A stretch of 64,000 nt of DNA, taken from positions 17,057-81,056 of the forward strand of contig CAYZVX010000001.1 in assembly GCA_964482055.1 (NCBI GenBank), read 5' to 3'. Shown here one piece after another: positions 20,989 through 32,217 of the stretch. The notes beneath the pieces were generated by a model, which saw only the letters and a program-made list of their open reading frames with translations, did not search any database and had not been told where the DNA came from. Numbering within the stretch: position 1 is the stretch's first letter; each line of letters starts with the position of its first letter. Both the position numbers and the translations under genes were made by a program. The DNA comes from an uncultured Acidiferrobacteraceae bacterium. GTDB taxonomy: Bacteria; Pseudomonadota; Gammaproteobacteria; Acidiferrobacterales; Sulfurifustaceae.

Positions 20989-21765
20989 ATGAGCTCACCG
21001 CGACGCAGCAACCCGACGCGCGTGCCACTGGACGTTCCGCCGCTGCCGCGGCACGTGGCCGTGATCATGGATGGCAATGGCCGCTGGGCCAAGGCGCGCG
21101 GGCTGCCGCGCGTGGCCGGTCATCGCAAAGGTGTGGAGCGCGTGCGGGACCTCGTCGCCGTGTGCGGCGAGAAGGGCATCAGCCATCTCAGCCTGTTTGC
21201 CTTCTCGAGCGAGAACTGGCGCCGACCGGAGCAGGAAGTGCGACTGCTCATGGAGCTGTTCATGACCGCGCTCGAGCGCGAGGTCAAGAAACTGCACCGC
21301 AACGACATACACTTTCGAGTGATTGGGGCGATCGAGGCGCTCGGTGCGCCGCTCGCCGCGGCCATCCGCGAGGCCGAGGCGCTCACCGCCAACAACTCGC
21401 GCCTGCATCTCACCATCGCGGCTAACTATGGCGGGCGCTGGGACATCACGCAGGCGGCGCGCGAGCTCGCCCGGCGCTCCAAGGCCGGCGAGATCAATCC
21501 CGATGACATCACGCCAGAGAGCCTGGAGCCGTTTCTCAGCCTGCACGGCGTGCCCGAGCCCGATCTCTTCATCCGCACCGGCGGCGAGCAACGGATCAGC
21601 AATTTCCTGCTCTGGCAGCTGGCCTACACCGAGCTTTATTTCACGCCGACGCTGTGGCCCGACTTCGATCGCCAGCAGTTCGAGCTGGCACTGGCATCGT
21701 ACGCGGGTCGGCAGCGGCGCTTTGGGCACACGGGCGAGCAGATCGAAGCGGCGCGCCATGCTTAG
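20989..21765 (+). CDS. uppS: ditrans,polycis-undecaprenyl-diphosphate synthase
   Basis: 258 aa with HVAVIMDGNGRWA and FAFSSENWRRP motifs. Confidence 0.95.
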   Translation: MSSPRRSNPTRVPLDVPPLPRHVAVIMDGNGRWAKARGLPRVAGHRKGVERVRDLVAVCGEKGISHLSLFAFSSENWRRPEQEVRLLMELFMTALEREVKKLHRNDIHFRVIGAIEALGAPLAAAIREAEALTANNSRLHLTIAANYGGRWDITQAARELARRSKAGEINPDDITPESLEPFLSLHGVPEPDLFIRTGGEQRISNFLLWQLAYTELYFTPTLWPDFDRQQFELALASYAGRQRRFGHTGEQIEAARHA

Positions 21766-22603
21766 GCAGCGGGTCGCCACGGCCGTCGTCCTGCTCGTGC
21801 CATTGCTCGCGGCGCTGTTCTACCTGCCGCCGCTGGGCCTCGCCGCGCTGTTCGGGATCGTGGTGGCGCTGGCGGCCTGGGAGTGGGCGGCGCTGTGCGG
21901 GTTCCCGTCCATGGCGCAGCGCACCGCTCTCGCGGTGTTTCTGCTCGCGCTTGGGGCGATCGGCACGGCCATCCTGCACCTGCGCCCGACGCTCATCTGG
22001 CCGGTGGCACTGGCCGCGGTGGCCTGGTGGGTGTGGGTGCTGGTCGAGCTCATCCGGCATGACACGCGCCCGGCGGGCCTGTTCGCCACGCCGGCCAGCA
22101 AGATTGTCGGCGCGGTCATGATCCTGGTGCCGCCGTGGTTTGCTGCGTACTACCTGCATGCCCACGACCCGCAGCGCCCGGCGCTGCTGTTGTTCGTGCT
22201 TGTGCTGGTCGGCGTGGCGGATTCGTTTGCCTACCTCGCCGGATATCTGTTCGGCCGCACCAAGCTGGCGCCGCAGCTGAGTCCCGGCAAAACCGTTGAG
22301 GGGCTGCTCGGCGGGCTGGCCTCGGTCGCCGCCCTCGCGGCGCTCTGGGGCCTGTGGCTCGCGGACATGAGGGGCTGGCGCCTCACTGCCTGGCTGGCGC
22401 TGGCCATCACCACGATGTTGTTTTCCGTCGTCGGCGACCTGGCCGAGAGCCGCCTGAAGCGCCTCGCCGGTGTCAAGGACAGCGGCCGCCTCCTGCCCGG
22501 GCACGGTGGCGTGCTTGATCGCATCGACGCGTTCACGGCTGCCGCGCCGCTCTTTCTGCTAGGCTGGATCGTGTTGTTCCAGGCACCAGCCCAACGGCCA
22601 TGA
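21758..22603 (+). CDS. cdsA: phosphatidate cytidylyltransferase
   Basis: ATG at 21758 gives 281 aa, polytopic. C-terminal signature [28 protein letters not shown]. Confidence 0.92.
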   Translation: MLRQRVATAVVLLVPLLAALFYLPPLGLAALFGIVVALAAWEWAALCGFPSMAQRTALAVFLLALGAIGTAILHLRPTLIWPVALAAVAWWVWVLVELIRHDTRPAGLFATPASKIVGAVMILVPPWFAAYYLHAHDPQRPALLLFVLVLVGVADSFAYLAGYLFGRTKLAPQLSPGKTVEGLLGGLASVAALAALWGLWLADMRGWRLTAWLALAITTMLFSVVGDLAESRLKRLAGVKDSGRLLPGHGGVLDRIDAFTAAAPLFLLGWIVLFQAPAQRP

Positions 22604-23850
22604 CGCCCGCCCAGCGCCCGAATGCCCCGCATGGCGAGCCGGTCGGCGTGACACTGCTCGGCTCGACCGGGTCGATCGGCGTCAGCACGCTCGATGTGTT
22701 GGCGCGCCACCCGCAGCGATATCGTGTCGTGGCGCTCACGGCCAACAACCAGGTCGAGCGCCTGTTCGAGCAGTGCCGCAAGTTTCTTCCGGCACACGCC
22801 GTCATGCTGGATGCCGACGCGGCCGGCCGTCTCGCGGACCGAGTGCGGGCGGCGAACCTGCCGGTGCAGGTGAGCGCCGGAGCGCAGGCGCTCGCCGCGG
22901 TCGCTGCCCTGCCGCAGGCGCGAATCGTGGTGGCGGCGATTGTCGGTGCCGCCGGTCTGCAACCGGCGTTGGCGGCCGTGCAGGCCGGCAAGCGCGTGCT
23001 GATCGCGAACAAGGAACCGCTCGTGATGTCCGGCGGCATCTTCATCGAGCAGGCGCGCAAGAGCGGCGCGGAGCTCTTGCCGGTCGACAGTGAGCACAAT
23101 GCGATCTTCCAGTGCATGCCGCCGCACTTTCGGGCCGGGCAGGCGCCGGCCGAGGTGCGGCGCATTCTGCTGACCTGCTCGGGCGGGCCGTTTCGCAACT
23201 GGCCGGCGGAACGGCTGGCCGCCGCGACACCCGAGCAGGCGGTGGCGCATCCAAACTGGGTCATGGGCCGCAAGATCTCGGTCGACTCGGCCACACTCAT
23301 GAACAAGGGGCTCGAGCTGATCGAGGCCTGCTGGTTGTTCGGGGTGGGACCGGAGCGGGTGGAGATCGTCGTGCACCCCCAGAGCGTAATCCACTCGCTG
23401 GTCGAGTATAACGACGGCTCGGTGCTGGCGCAGCTCGGCAACCCGGACATGCGCACCCCGATCGCGCACGCGCTGGCGTGGCCGGAACGTATCGATTCCG
23501 GTGTGCGTAGTCTCGACCTCGTTGAGATCGCGCATCTTGATTTCGCGGCACCCGACACGGTGCGATTTCCTTGCCTGCAGCTCGCCTACGACGCGGCGCG
23601 CCGGGGCGGGACCGCGCCGGCAATCTTGAACGCCGCGAACGAGGTGGCTGTCCAAGCTTTTCTCGACCATGAAATCGCGTTTGGTGACATCGCGCGGGTG
23701 ATCGAGGCCACGTTGTCGCGGGTCGCCGTCCGCCCGGCGGAGGCGCTCGACACGATTCTCGCCGATGACGCGCAGGCGCGCGCGCAAGCCGTCGAGCTGG
23801 TGCACGGGCTCGGCCGGGGCGCACCAATGACAACGCCGAGGGCAACATGA
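22600..23850 (+). CDS. dxr: 1-deoxy-D-xylulose-5-phosphate reductoisomerase
   Basis: 416 aa with [21 protein letters not shown] and NKGLELIEA motifs. Confidence 0.95.
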   Translation: MTPAQRPNAPHGEPVGVTLLGSTGSIGVSTLDVLARHPQRYRVVALTANNQVERLFEQCRKFLPAHAVMLDADAAGRLADRVRAANLPVQVSAGAQALAAVAALPQARIVVAAIVGAAGLQPALAAVQAGKRVLIANKEPLVMSGGIFIEQARKSGAELLPVDSEHNAIFQCMPPHFRAGQAPAEVRRILLTCSGGPFRNWPAERLAAATPEQAVAHPNWVMGRKISVDSATLMNKGLELIEACWLFGVGPERVEIVVHPQSVIHSLVEYNDGSVLAQLGNPDMRTPIAHALAWPERIDSGVRSLDLVEIAHLDFAAPDTVRFPCLQLAYDAARRGGTAPAILNAANEVAVQAFLDHEIAFGDIARVIEATLSRVAVRPAEALDTILADDAQARAQAVELVHGLGRGAPMTTPRAT

Positions 23851-25208
23851 GCGATATCCTGTTGTATGTGGCCGCTTTCGTCGTGGCGCTCGGCATTCTC
23901 ATCACGGTGCACGAGCTCGGGCACTTCTGGGTGGCGCGTCGCCTTGGCGTGAAGGTCTTGCGCTTTTCGATCGGCTTCGGCAAGCCGTTGTGGTCGCGCC
24001 GGGTCGGACGCGACCAGATGGAGCTCGTGGTGGCGACCTTGCCCCTTGGCGGTTACGTCAAGATGCTCGATGAGCACGAGGGCGAGGTGCCGGCGCCGGA
24101 GTTGGCGCGCGCCTTCAATCGTCAGCCGGTGTGGAAGCGCATGGCGATCGTGGCGGCCGGGCCGGCGTTCAACTTGCTGTTCGCCATTCTGGCGTACTGG
24201 GTCGTGTTCAGCGCCGGTATCGACGGCATCAAGCCGGTGGTGGGTCGCGTGCTGGACGGTTCGCGCGCCGAGCAAGCGGGCTTCCGCGCCGGCGACACGC
24301 TCGTGAGCATCGACGGCAAGCCGGTGCAGAGCTGGGACCAGCGCCGCCTCTACTTGTTCCAACGGGCGCTCGACCGGGCGCCGGTCACCGTGGAGGTACG
24401 CGATGCGAACGGGGAGCGACAGAGCCGGCGCCTTGATTTTTCCGACCTTCCGCCGTCCGAGGTAAGCGCCGCGCTGCTCGAGCGCAGCGTGGGTCTGTTG
24501 CCGCAACTGCCCGCGCCGCTGCCAGTGATCGGTGCGCTCGATCCGGGTCCGGCCGAGCGTGCGGGTTTGCGCGCCGGCGACCGGATCCTCGAGGCGGGCG
24601 GTCAGCGCATCGAATCCTGGGAGACGCTCGCCGCGGCCATACGCGACAGCCCCGGGCAGCCCATGACCCTGCTCATCGAGCGTGACGGTGCGCGTTTCAG
24701 CGTTGAGGTTACCCCGGAGGCCGTGGAGCAGGACGGGCGCACGATCGGTCGCATCCATATTCGGCCACAGCTGCAGAGCCTGCCCGATGAGTTGCGCGTG
24801 CGTGTGCGCTACCGCGCTGTTGAGGCGTTCGGCGAGGCCCTCGATAGCACCTGGTCCATGTCATGGCTGACCCTGCGCATGTTGTACAAGATGTTGCTGC
24901 TCGAGGTGTCGACACGCAACATCAGTGGGCCGATCACGATCGCCCAGTACGCCGGCCAATCGGCGCGCGTCGGTGTCGACCAGTTCGTGGCGTTCCTGGC
25001 GGTCATCAGCATCAGCCTTGCCGTCCTGAACCTGCTGCCAATTCCGGTGCTCGACGGCGGCCATCTTCTCTACTACATCGTCGAGGCGCTGCGCGGGCGC
25101 CCGCTGCCCGAACGCGTCCTCGTGTGGGGCCAGCAGGTGGGCATTGCGCTGCTGGCGCTGCTCATGGTGCTCGCCTTCTATAACGACCTGACCCGACTGT
25201 TCCAGTAG
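23847..25208 (+). CDS. rseP: sigma-E protease RseP (site-2 RIP zinc metalloprotease)
   Basis: 453 aa with [17 protein letters not shown] regions and the C-terminal [12 protein letters not shown] motif. Confidence 0.94.
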   Translation: MSDILLYVAAFVVALGILITVHELGHFWVARRLGVKVLRFSIGFGKPLWSRRVGRDQMELVVATLPLGGYVKMLDEHEGEVPAPELARAFNRQPVWKRMAIVAAGPAFNLLFAILAYWVVFSAGIDGIKPVVGRVLDGSRAEQAGFRAGDTLVSIDGKPVQSWDQRRLYLFQRALDRAPVTVEVRDANGERQSRRLDFSDLPPSEVSAALLERSVGLLPQLPAPLPVIGALDPGPAERAGLRAGDRILEAGGQRIESWETLAAAIRDSPGQPMTLLIERDGARFSVEVTPEAVEQDGRTIGRIHIRPQLQSLPDELRVRVRYRAVEAFGEALDSTWSMSWLTLRMLYKMLLLEVSTRNISGPITIAQYAGQSARVGVDQFVAFLAVISISLAVLNLLPIPVLDGGHLLYYIVEALRGRPLPERVLVWGQQVGIALLALLMVLAFYNDLTRLFQ

Positions 25209-25216
25209 ATACGCGC

Positions 25217-27541
25217 ATGGCGAGCAGCTTCTGGGCGATGCTTCGGGCCGGATCGCGAGTCCGTGCGCTGGCGCTGCTGTTCGGGTTGATGTGCCCGGCC
25301 GCGCATGCCGCGTTCGAGGCCTTTGTCGTCAAGGACATCCGGGTTGAGGGGCTGCAGCGCATCGCCGCCGGCACGGTTTTCAACTACCTGCCCATCAAGG
25401 TCGGCGACACCGTCACGCAGAAGAGCGCCCAGGAGGCCATTCGCGCCCTGTACAAGACCGGATTCTTCAAGGACGTGCGGTTGGAGCGCGACGGTGCCGT
25501 GCTGATCGTGACAGTGGTCGAGCGCCCGTCCATCGCGGAAATCAAGATCAACGGCACGAAGGAGATCAGCGAGGAGGACCTCAAGAAGTCGCTCAAGGAG
25601 ATCGGTCTGGCCGAAGGCCGTGTCTACAACAAGTCCTTGCTCGATCGGGTCGAGCAGGAGCTGCGCCAGCAGTATTTCAGCCGCGGTTACTACGCGGTGG
25701 TGGTGCGGCCGGTCGTGACGCCGATCGAGCGCAACCGCGTCAACATCAGTATCGACGTTGCCGAAGGCAGCCCGGCGCGTATCCGCCAGATCGCGATCAT
25801 CGGCAACCGGGCGTTTTCCGACGACGAGCTGCTCGATGTGTTCACGCTCGGGCCGGCGCCGTGGTGGGCGGTGTTCTCGAGCCGCGATCAATACGCCAAG
25901 CAGAAACTCGCCGGCGACCTCGAGCGGTTGCGCAATTTCTATCAGGACCGCGGGTTCCTGGAATTCAGCATCGATTCGACGCAGGTATCGATTACGCCGG
26001 ACCGCGAGCAGATCTACGTCACGGTCAACATCACCGAAGGCAAGCGCTACACGATCAGCGGCTACAAGCTTGCCGGGAAGTTTCCAGTGCCAGAGGCGGA
26101 GCTGCGCGCGCTCGTCACCTTGCAGCCAGGCCAGGTGTTCTCGCGCAAGCAGGTGACGGAGAACACCAAGCGCATCAGCGACCGGCTCGCCAACGACGGT
26201 TACGCGTTCGCCAATGTCAATTCGGTCCCGGAAATCAACAAGGAGAAGTCGGAGGTTTTCTTCACCCTGTTCGTCGATCCGGGCAAGCGCGTCTACGTGC
26301 GGCGCATCAACTTCGCCGGAAATACCATCACGCGCGACGAGGTGATGCGCCGCGAGCTGCGGCTGCCCGAGGGCAGCGTGTACTCGGCCGAGAAGATCCA
26401 GCGATCGCGCGTTCGCCTGCAGCGCTTGGGCTATTTCGATGACGTGAACATCGAGACGCCGGCGGTGCCGGGCAGTCCCGATCAGGTCGACGTGAACGTC
26501 ACCGTCAAGGAGCGTCCGACCGGAAACCTGCTGCTCGGCGTCGGCTATTCGGATGCCGACGGCATCCTTATCAACGCGAGCGTCAGTCAGCGCAACCTGT
26601 TCGGCACCGGCAAAGAGATGGCGTTCACGTTCGACAACAGCCGTGCCACCACCAATTTCAGTCTGCGCTTCGTCGAGCCCTACAGCACGCCGGAGGGCAT
26701 CAGCCAGGGCTTCCAGTTGAGCTCCACAAGCTTTGACGCCGGCGCGGCAAATGCCGCCGCCTATAACAGCAAGACCCAATCGGCGGGACTGTTCTGGGGC
26801 GTGCCGCTCAGCGAGCTGCACAGCATCCAGCTGGGGCTCGACGTGGAGCGCACAAGCATCGAGCCGTCGACCAGCAGCGCGCAGGTCGCACAGGACTTCG
26901 TTTCGCAAAACGGGCCCGAAAACACCATGTTGAGAACCACCGTGTCGTGGGCGCGCGACTCGCTCGACAATTTTCTTTTCCCCACTTCGGGGAGCATTCT
27001 GCGGTTGACCGGTGAGGCGACCGTGCCCGGCAGTGAGCTCGAGTACTACAAGCTCACCTTCTCCGCGGGCCAATTCTGGCCGGTGACTGATGCCCTGACC
27101 TTCAAGGTGCGCGGCGAAGTCGGCTACGGCAGCGGTTACGGCGACACCCGTGAGCTGCCGTTCTACAAGAACTATTATGCCGGTGGCAGCACCACGGTTC
27201 GCGGTTTTCGCAGTCGTTCGTTGGGTCCGCGCGACACGCTGCTCGATGAGCCGATCGGCGGTCCCAAGCGCCTGCTCGGTAACATGGAGTTGTTGTTCCC
27301 CATGCCCGGCGACTCGCCGGAGAATCGCTCCATGCGGCTCAGCCTTTTCTCTGATACCGGTATGGTGTACGCGCAGGACCAGCGCATGGAGCTTGGCCAG
27401 TTGCGTGTGTCCGCCGGTTTGGCGTTTAATTGGTTCTCGCCGGTCGGTCCATTGAGCTTCAGCTACGCGATGCCCCTGAATGAAAAGTCCGGGGATGATA
27501 TCGAAAAGTTCCAGTTCACGCTCGGCGTGCCGCTGCGCTGA
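25217..27541 (+). CDS. bamA: outer-membrane protein assembly factor BamA
   Basis: 774 aa with a signal peptide, POTRA repeats ([12 protein letters not shown]...) and a C-terminal beta-barrel ending FQFTLGVPL. Confidence 0.95.
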   Translation: MASSFWAMLRAGSRVRALALLFGLMCPAAHAAFEAFVVKDIRVEGLQRIAAGTVFNYLPIKVGDTVTQKSAQEAIRALYKTGFFKDVRLERDGAVLIVTVVERPSIAEIKINGTKEISEEDLKKSLKEIGLAEGRVYNKSLLDRVEQELRQQYFSRGYYAVVVRPVVTPIERNRVNISIDVAEGSPARIRQIAIIGNRAFSDDELLDVFTLGPAPWWAVFSSRDQYAKQKLAGDLERLRNFYQDRGFLEFSIDSTQVSITPDREQIYVTVNITEGKRYTISGYKLAGKFPVPEAELRALVTLQPGQVFSRKQVTENTKRISDRLANDGYAFANVNSVPEINKEKSEVFFTLFVDPGKRVYVRRINFAGNTITRDEVMRRELRLPEGSVYSAEKIQRSRVRLQRLGYFDDVNIETPAVPGSPDQVDVNVTVKERPTGNLLLGVGYSDADGILINASVSQRNLFGTGKEMAFTFDNSRATTNFSLRFVEPYSTPEGISQGFQLSSTSFDAGAANAAAYNSKTQSAGLFWGVPLSELHSIQLGLDVERTSIEPSTSSAQVAQDFVSQNGPENTMLRTTVSWARDSLDNFLFPTSGSILRLTGEATVPGSELEYYKLTFSAGQFWPVTDALTFKVRGEVGYGSGYGDTRELPFYKNYYAGGSTTVRGFRSRSLGPRDTLLDEPIGGPKRLLGNMELLFPMPGDSPENRSMRLSLFSDTGMVYAQDQRMELGQLRVSAGLAFNWFSPVGPLSFSYAMPLNEKSGDDIEKFQFTLGVPLR

Positions 27542-27578
27542 CGGCGTTTGCATGCGAGCTCAGCACAGATGAGGCACA

Positions 27579-28085
27579 ATGCATAAAAGCCTGCTATTCG
27601 GTCTGGTGCTCGCGCTCGCGACACCTTCTGCACTCGGCGCCGATTTGAAGATCGGCTATGTGAACGCGGCCAAGGTCATCGACGAAGCGCCGCAAGGGGA
27701 GGCCGCGCTCAAGAAGCTGGAGATGGAGTTCGGTCCGCGCGACAAGAAGCTGGTCGCCACGCAGACGCGCATCAAGCAGCTCGAGGAGGAGCTCGACAAG
27801 AACGCCCTGGTACTGAAGGAACCCGAACGCCGCGCCAAGGAGCACGAGATCGTCCAGCTCAAACGTGAGCTTCGGCGGGCCACACAGGAGTTCCGCGAGG
27901 ACTACAATCTGCGCCGCAACGAGGAGCTGGCCGCGCTGCAAAAGATCGTGCAAAGGGCCATCCAGGAGGTGGCGCGCCAGGAAAACTTCGACCTGATCCT
28001 TCACGAGGGCGTGCTCTTCGCCAGCGCCAAGATCGACATCACGGACAAGATCCTGAGAAAGCTTGGAAAGAAGCCGCCACAATAA
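27579..28085 (+). CDS. skp: periplasmic chaperone Skp (OmpH)
   Basis: 168 aa with a signal peptide and a coiled-coil-rich OmpH-type sequence. Position is bamA-skp-lpxD. Confidence 0.9.
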   Translation: MHKSLLFGLVLALATPSALGADLKIGYVNAAKVIDEAPQGEAALKKLEMEFGPRDKKLVATQTRIKQLEEELDKNALVLKEPERRAKEHEIVQLKRELRRATQEFREDYNLRRNEELAALQKIVQRAIQEVARQENFDLILHEGVLFASAKIDITDKILRKLGKKPPQ

Positions 28086-29127
28086 CCGTCAGGCAAGCCT
28101 CGGGGAGCTGGCTCAGCGATTCGGTGCGCGCCTGCGCGGGCCCGCTGACTTGGTTATCAGTGGCGTCGGCGAGCTTGGCGCCGCAGGCCCACACGATATC
28201 GCCTTTGTCGCGGATGCCAGGTATCACGGTGCGCTCAAGGTTACGCGCGCGGGCGCCGTCATCCTCCAGGAGACGTCGCTCGCGTACTATTCGGGGCCCG
28301 CGCTGATCGCGGATAACGCGCACGCCTGCTTTGCCCGTGTCGCCAGCTGGCTGTATCCGCCATGCGATGACGAGCCGGGCATTCATTCCACCGCCGTCGT
28401 TGACCCCTCGGCGCGCATAGCGCCGAGCGCCTCGGTAGGGGCCTACGCGGTCATTGAGGCCCACGCCGTGCTTGGTGAGGATGTCCGGGTTGGCCCCGGT
28501 TGCCACATCGGTCGGGGCTCGGTGCTCGGTCGCGGCACACGCCTGATGCCGCGCGTGACCATTATGCACGGCTGCACGATTGGCGAGGATTGCCTCATTC
28601 ATTCCGGCGCCGTGATCGGCAGCGACGGCTTCGGCTATGCCCAGGAGGCTGGTCGCTGGATCAAGGTTCCACAACTGGGCGGCGTGCGGGTGGGCAATCG
28701 CGTTGAGATCGGCGCCAACACGACGATCGATCGCGGCGCCCTGCGTGACACGATCATCGGCGATGGCGTGAAGCTGGATAACCTCATACAGATTGCGCAC
28801 AATGTCGAAATCGGGCAAGACACGGCGATCGCCGCCTGCGTGGGTATCGCAGGCAGCACGCGGGTAGGGAGCCGTTGCATGATCGGCGGACAGGTCGGGA
28901 TTGCCGGACATCTTGAGATCGCCGACGGTGTGCACGTCCTCGGTAAGTCGCTGGTCGCGGGCTCGATCCGCGAACCGGGCGTGTACTCCTCATCCATCAA
29001 GGCGGCGCCGGCCGACGCATGGCGCCGCAACGTGGTGCGTCTGAACCAGCTTGACGACATGGCGCGTCGCCTGCGCGCGGTCGAGAAGCGGCTGGCCGCT
29101 CTGTCCACAGAACACAAAAAGGAGTGA
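28063..29127 (+). CDS. lpxD: UDP-3-O-acylglucosamine N-acyltransferase
   Basis: 354 aa. The only start available is TTG at 28063, overlapping the skp 3' end. Contains left-handed beta-helix hexapeptide repeats and [12 protein letters not shown] as in the LpxD N-terminus. Confidence 0.92.
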   Translation: MERSRHNNRQASLGELAQRFGARLRGPADLVISGVGELGAAGPHDIAFVADARYHGALKVTRAGAVILQETSLAYYSGPALIADNAHACFARVASWLYPPCDDEPGIHSTAVVDPSARIAPSASVGAYAVIEAHAVLGEDVRVGPGCHIGRGSVLGRGTRLMPRVTIMHGCTIGEDCLIHSGAVIGSDGFGYAQEAGRWIKVPQLGGVRVGNRVEIGANTTIDRGALRDTIIGDGVKLDNLIQIAHNVEIGQDTAIAACVGIAGSTRVGSRCMIGGQVGIAGHLEIADGVHVLGKSLVAGSIREPGVYSSSIKAAPADAWRRNVVRLNQLDDMARRLRAVEKRLAALSTEHKKE

Positions 29128-29131
29128 GACG

Positions 29132-29575
29132 TTGAACCAGCTGGACATACACGAGATTCTCAAGCGCCTGCCGCATCGTTTCCCGTTCCTGTTGGTCGAC
29201 CGGGTCCTCGACTACACCAAGGGTGAGTCGATCACGGCTATCAAGAACGTCACCATCAACGAACCGTATTTCCCCGGGCACTTCCCCAACCGGCCGGTCA
29301 TGCCCGGCGTATTGCTGCTCGAGGCGATGGCACAGTCGTGCGCCATTCTGTCATTTCTTACCGTCGACATGGTCCCGGAAAGCAACTCCATCGTGTATTT
29401 CGTCGGTGTGGACAACGCGCGTTTCAAGCGCCCCGTGGAGCCCGGTGACCAGGTCCGTTTTCAATCGACCATCAAGCGGCGCATGAAGGGCGTGTGGTTC
29501 TTCGAGAGCCGCGCCTTCGTCGGTGAGGAGTTGTGCGCCAGCGCCGAGATCATGTGCACCTATAAGGGCATCTGA
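29132..29575 (+). CDS. fabZ: 3-hydroxyacyl-ACP dehydratase FabZ
   Basis: TTG at 29132 follows AAAAAGGAG. ILKRLPHRFPFLLVDRV and FPGHFP motifs. 147 aa. Confidence 0.93.
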   Translation: MNQLDIHEILKRLPHRFPFLLVDRVLDYTKGESITAIKNVTINEPYFPGHFPNRPVMPGVLLLEAMAQSCAILSFLTVDMVPESNSIVYFVGVDNARFKRPVEPGDQVRFQSTIKRRMKGVWFFESRAFVGEELCASAEIMCTYKGI

Positions 29576-29586
29576 GGGCGCACCGG

Positions 29587-30357
29587 GTGATCCATCCGCA
29601 GGCGATCGTGCATCCCGGTGCCGCGCTCGGCCGCGACGTGCACATTGGCGCCTTCTCGATCATCGGTGAGCAGGTTGAGATCGGCGACGGCACCTGGATC
29701 GGACCCCACGTCGTCATCAACGGGCCGACGCGCATTGGCCGCAACAACCGCATTTTCCAGTTCGCCTCGGTCGGCGAGATCCCGCAGGATCTCAAGTTTG
29801 CCGGCGAAACCAGCTGGCTCGAAATCGGCGACGGCAACACCATTCGCGAGTGCTGCACCCTGAGTCGCGGCACAGCAGGCGGCGGCGCGGTAACCCGGGT
29901 AGGCAACGACAATCTGTTCATGGCTTACGCGCACGTCGCGCACGACTGTCAGGTCGGCAACCACACGGTGTTCGCCAACGGCGCGACCCTGGCCGGGCAC
30001 GTCGAGGTCGGTGACTACGCGATCCTCGGAGGGCTGAGCGCTGTGCACCAATTCTGCAGGCTCGGTGCGCACATCATGGTCGGCGGCGGCAGCATCGTCC
30101 TGCAGGACGTGCCGCCGTACCTGATGGTGCAGGGCAACACGGCAAAGGCCTTCGGGCTCAATCTCCGCGGGCTGAAACGGCGCGGTTTCAGCGCCGAAGC
30201 CATCGACGCGCTGAAAGAGGCCTACCGGACCCTGTACCGTTCCGGGCTCACGGTGAGCGCGGCCCTCGAGCAGTTGCAGGAGCTTGCCCAGCGCCAGCGT
30301 GAGGTCGCCGAATTCGTCGCGTTTGTGCGTGGCACGGAACGCGGCATCGTGCGCTGA
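29587..30357 (+). CDS. lpxA: acyl-ACP--UDP-N-acetylglucosamine O-acyltransferase
   Basis: 256 aa with a GTG start, hexapeptide repeats and MIHPQAIVHPGAALG as in the LpxA N-terminus. Confidence 0.94.
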   Translation: MIHPQAIVHPGAALGRDVHIGAFSIIGEQVEIGDGTWIGPHVVINGPTRIGRNNRIFQFASVGEIPQDLKFAGETSWLEIGDGNTIRECCTLSRGTAGGGAVTRVGNDNLFMAYAHVAHDCQVGNHTVFANGATLAGHVEVGDYAILGGLSAVHQFCRLGAHIMVGGGSIVLQDVPPYLMVQGNTAKAFGLNLRGLKRRGFSAEAIDALKEAYRTLYRSGLTVSAALEQLQELAQRQREVAEFVAFVRGTERGIVR

Positions 30358-30364
30358 GGCGCTG

Positions 30365-31534
30365 GTGCCGGCACGCGGCATCCGCATTGGCATCGTGGCG
30401 GGCGAGATGTCCGGCGATACGCTGGCATCTCGGGTGATGCGCGCCTTGCATGCGCGTTGTCCAGGCCTGAGTTTCGAGGGCATCGGCGGACCGCAGATGC
30501 AGGCCGAGGGTTGCATCAGCCTCTTCCCGATGGAGCGACTCTCGGTACTGGGCGTGACCGAGGTGCTCGGCCGCTTTCGCGAGCTCAAGCGCATGCGCGC
30601 GCAGCTGGTCGAGCATTTTTGCGACCGACCGCCACAGCTGTTCATCGGCGTCGATTCGCCAGGATTCAACCTGGGTCTCGAAGAGGCGCTGCACGGTGCC
30701 GGCATACGCACGGTGCACTTTGTCAGCCCGCAGGTCTGGGCCTGGCGCACGTGGCGGGTTCACCAGATTCGACGCGCCGTTGATCGCATGCTGGTTCTGT
30801 TTCCGTTCGAGGCGGAGTTCTACGCGCGCCACAATGTACCGGCGACGTTCGTCGGGCATCCGCTGGCCGATGAGATTAACGGGGAAGTCGATACGCGGGA
30901 TTGCCGTGCCCGGCTCGGGCTGGCGCTAGAGGCGCCGACCGTCGCGCTCTTGCCTGGCAGTCGCGCCGGCGAGCTGCGCGCGCTTGCCGACCTGATGGTG
31001 CGCACCGCCGTGTGGTTGCGGGAGCGCCATCCGCAGCTTCAGTTCGTGAGCCCGTTTGTAAACGCGGCCACACGCGCGATGTTCGAGGCCGCGTTGAGCC
31101 GCCGCGGAGCGGCGGACCTGCCAATCGTGTGCGTCGAAGGGCGTTCCCGCGATGCGATTGGTGCCGCCGACGTGGTGTTGTGCGCCTCCGGGACGGCGAC
31201 GCTCGAAACGATGCTGATGGGGCGTCCGATGGTTGTGACCTACCGGGTATCGTGGCTCAGCTCCTGGCTGGTGCGCGCATTCTCCCATCTTGAGCATTAC
31301 GCCATGCCCAATCATCTGGCCGGAAAGCGACTGGTGCCGGAACTGCTGCAGCACGATGCCGTGCCGGAGAAGCTTGGCGCTGCTGTGGCGTATTATTTGA
31401 CGCATCCCCAAGACGCGCGCAGCCTGGTTGCCGAGTTCCGATGCATCGCGGCAACGCTGCGGGTGAATGCCGCGCAGCGCGCGGCCGACGAGATACTCAA
31501 GATGCTGCCCGAATGCCGCGCGGTTGGCGCATGA
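30365..31534 (+). CDS. lpxB: lipid-A-disaccharide synthase
   Basis: GTG at 30365 follows the GAGG ribosome-binding site and is in frame with ORF 30284..31534. [12 protein letters not shown] matches the LpxB N-terminus. Confidence 0.92.
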   Translation: MPARGIRIGIVAGEMSGDTLASRVMRALHARCPGLSFEGIGGPQMQAEGCISLFPMERLSVLGVTEVLGRFRELKRMRAQLVEHFCDRPPQLFIGVDSPGFNLGLEEALHGAGIRTVHFVSPQVWAWRTWRVHQIRRAVDRMLVLFPFEAEFYARHNVPATFVGHPLADEINGEVDTRDCRARLGLALEAPTVALLPGSRAGELRALADLMVRTAVWLRERHPQLQFVSPFVNAATRAMFEAALSRRGAADLPIVCVEGRSRDAIGAADVVLCASGTATLETMLMGRPMVVTYRVSWLSSWLVRAFSHLEHYAMPNHLAGKRLVPELLQHDAVPEKLGAAVAYYLTHPQDARSLVAEFRCIAATLRVNAAQRAADEILKMLPECRAVGA

Positions 31535-32118
31535 AAATGCCTCTCGCCGCAGGCGTGGATGAGGCCGGGCGGGGGCCGTTGGCGGGCCCGGTGGTGGCGG
31601 CGGCGGTGATGCTCGATCCCGCGCGTCCGATCCTCGGGCTGGCCGATTCTAAGACCTTGAGCGAATCACAACGCCTAACGCTGGCTGCGCAGATTCGCGG
31701 GGCCAGCCTGGCCTGGGCGGTAGCGAGCGCCAGCGTCGAGGAGATAGACTCCCTGAACATTCTGCAAGCGACCCTGCTGGCCATGCAGCGCGCCGTGGCT
31801 GGCCTGAGGGCGCAGCCCGCGCTCGTCCTAGTCGACGGCAAGCAGGCGCCGGCGCTCGCCTGCCCGGTGCGCACGATTATCCGGGGTGATGCGACGGAGC
31901 CGGCAATCTCGGCGGCCTCGATACTCGCCAAGGTCGCGCGCGACGCCGAGATGGTGCGGCTCGACCGACTCTACCCGCACTATGGCTTCGCGCGTCACAA
32001 GGGTTATCCGACACCGGAGCATCGCGCCGCCATCGCGCGCTGGGGCCCGAGCGCCTTGCACCGGCGGTCGTTCCGGCCGGTTCGCGAAAGCCTCAGGAAC
32101 TGTAACTTAACTACGTAA
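31531..32118 (+). CDS. rnhB: ribonuclease HII
   Basis: The ATG at 31531 overlaps the lpxB stop. [20 protein letters not shown] is the RNase HII motif. Confidence 0.94.
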   Translation: MKMPLAAGVDEAGRGPLAGPVVAAAVMLDPARPILGLADSKTLSESQRLTLAAQIRGASLAWAVASASVEEIDSLNILQATLLAMQRAVAGLRAQPALVLVDGKQAPALACPVRTIIRGDATEPAISAASILAKVARDAEMVRLDRLYPHYGFARHKGYPTPEHRAAIARWGPSALHRRSFRPVRESLRNCNLTT

Positions 32119-32217
32119 GAACAGTCAGTTATGGACTATTATTTCTGTGATTCCGAGATATCCTTCGGCGTTACCCGCGCTTCTGCGACGCCCTCACATA
32201 GGGTGAAATAGCGCGAC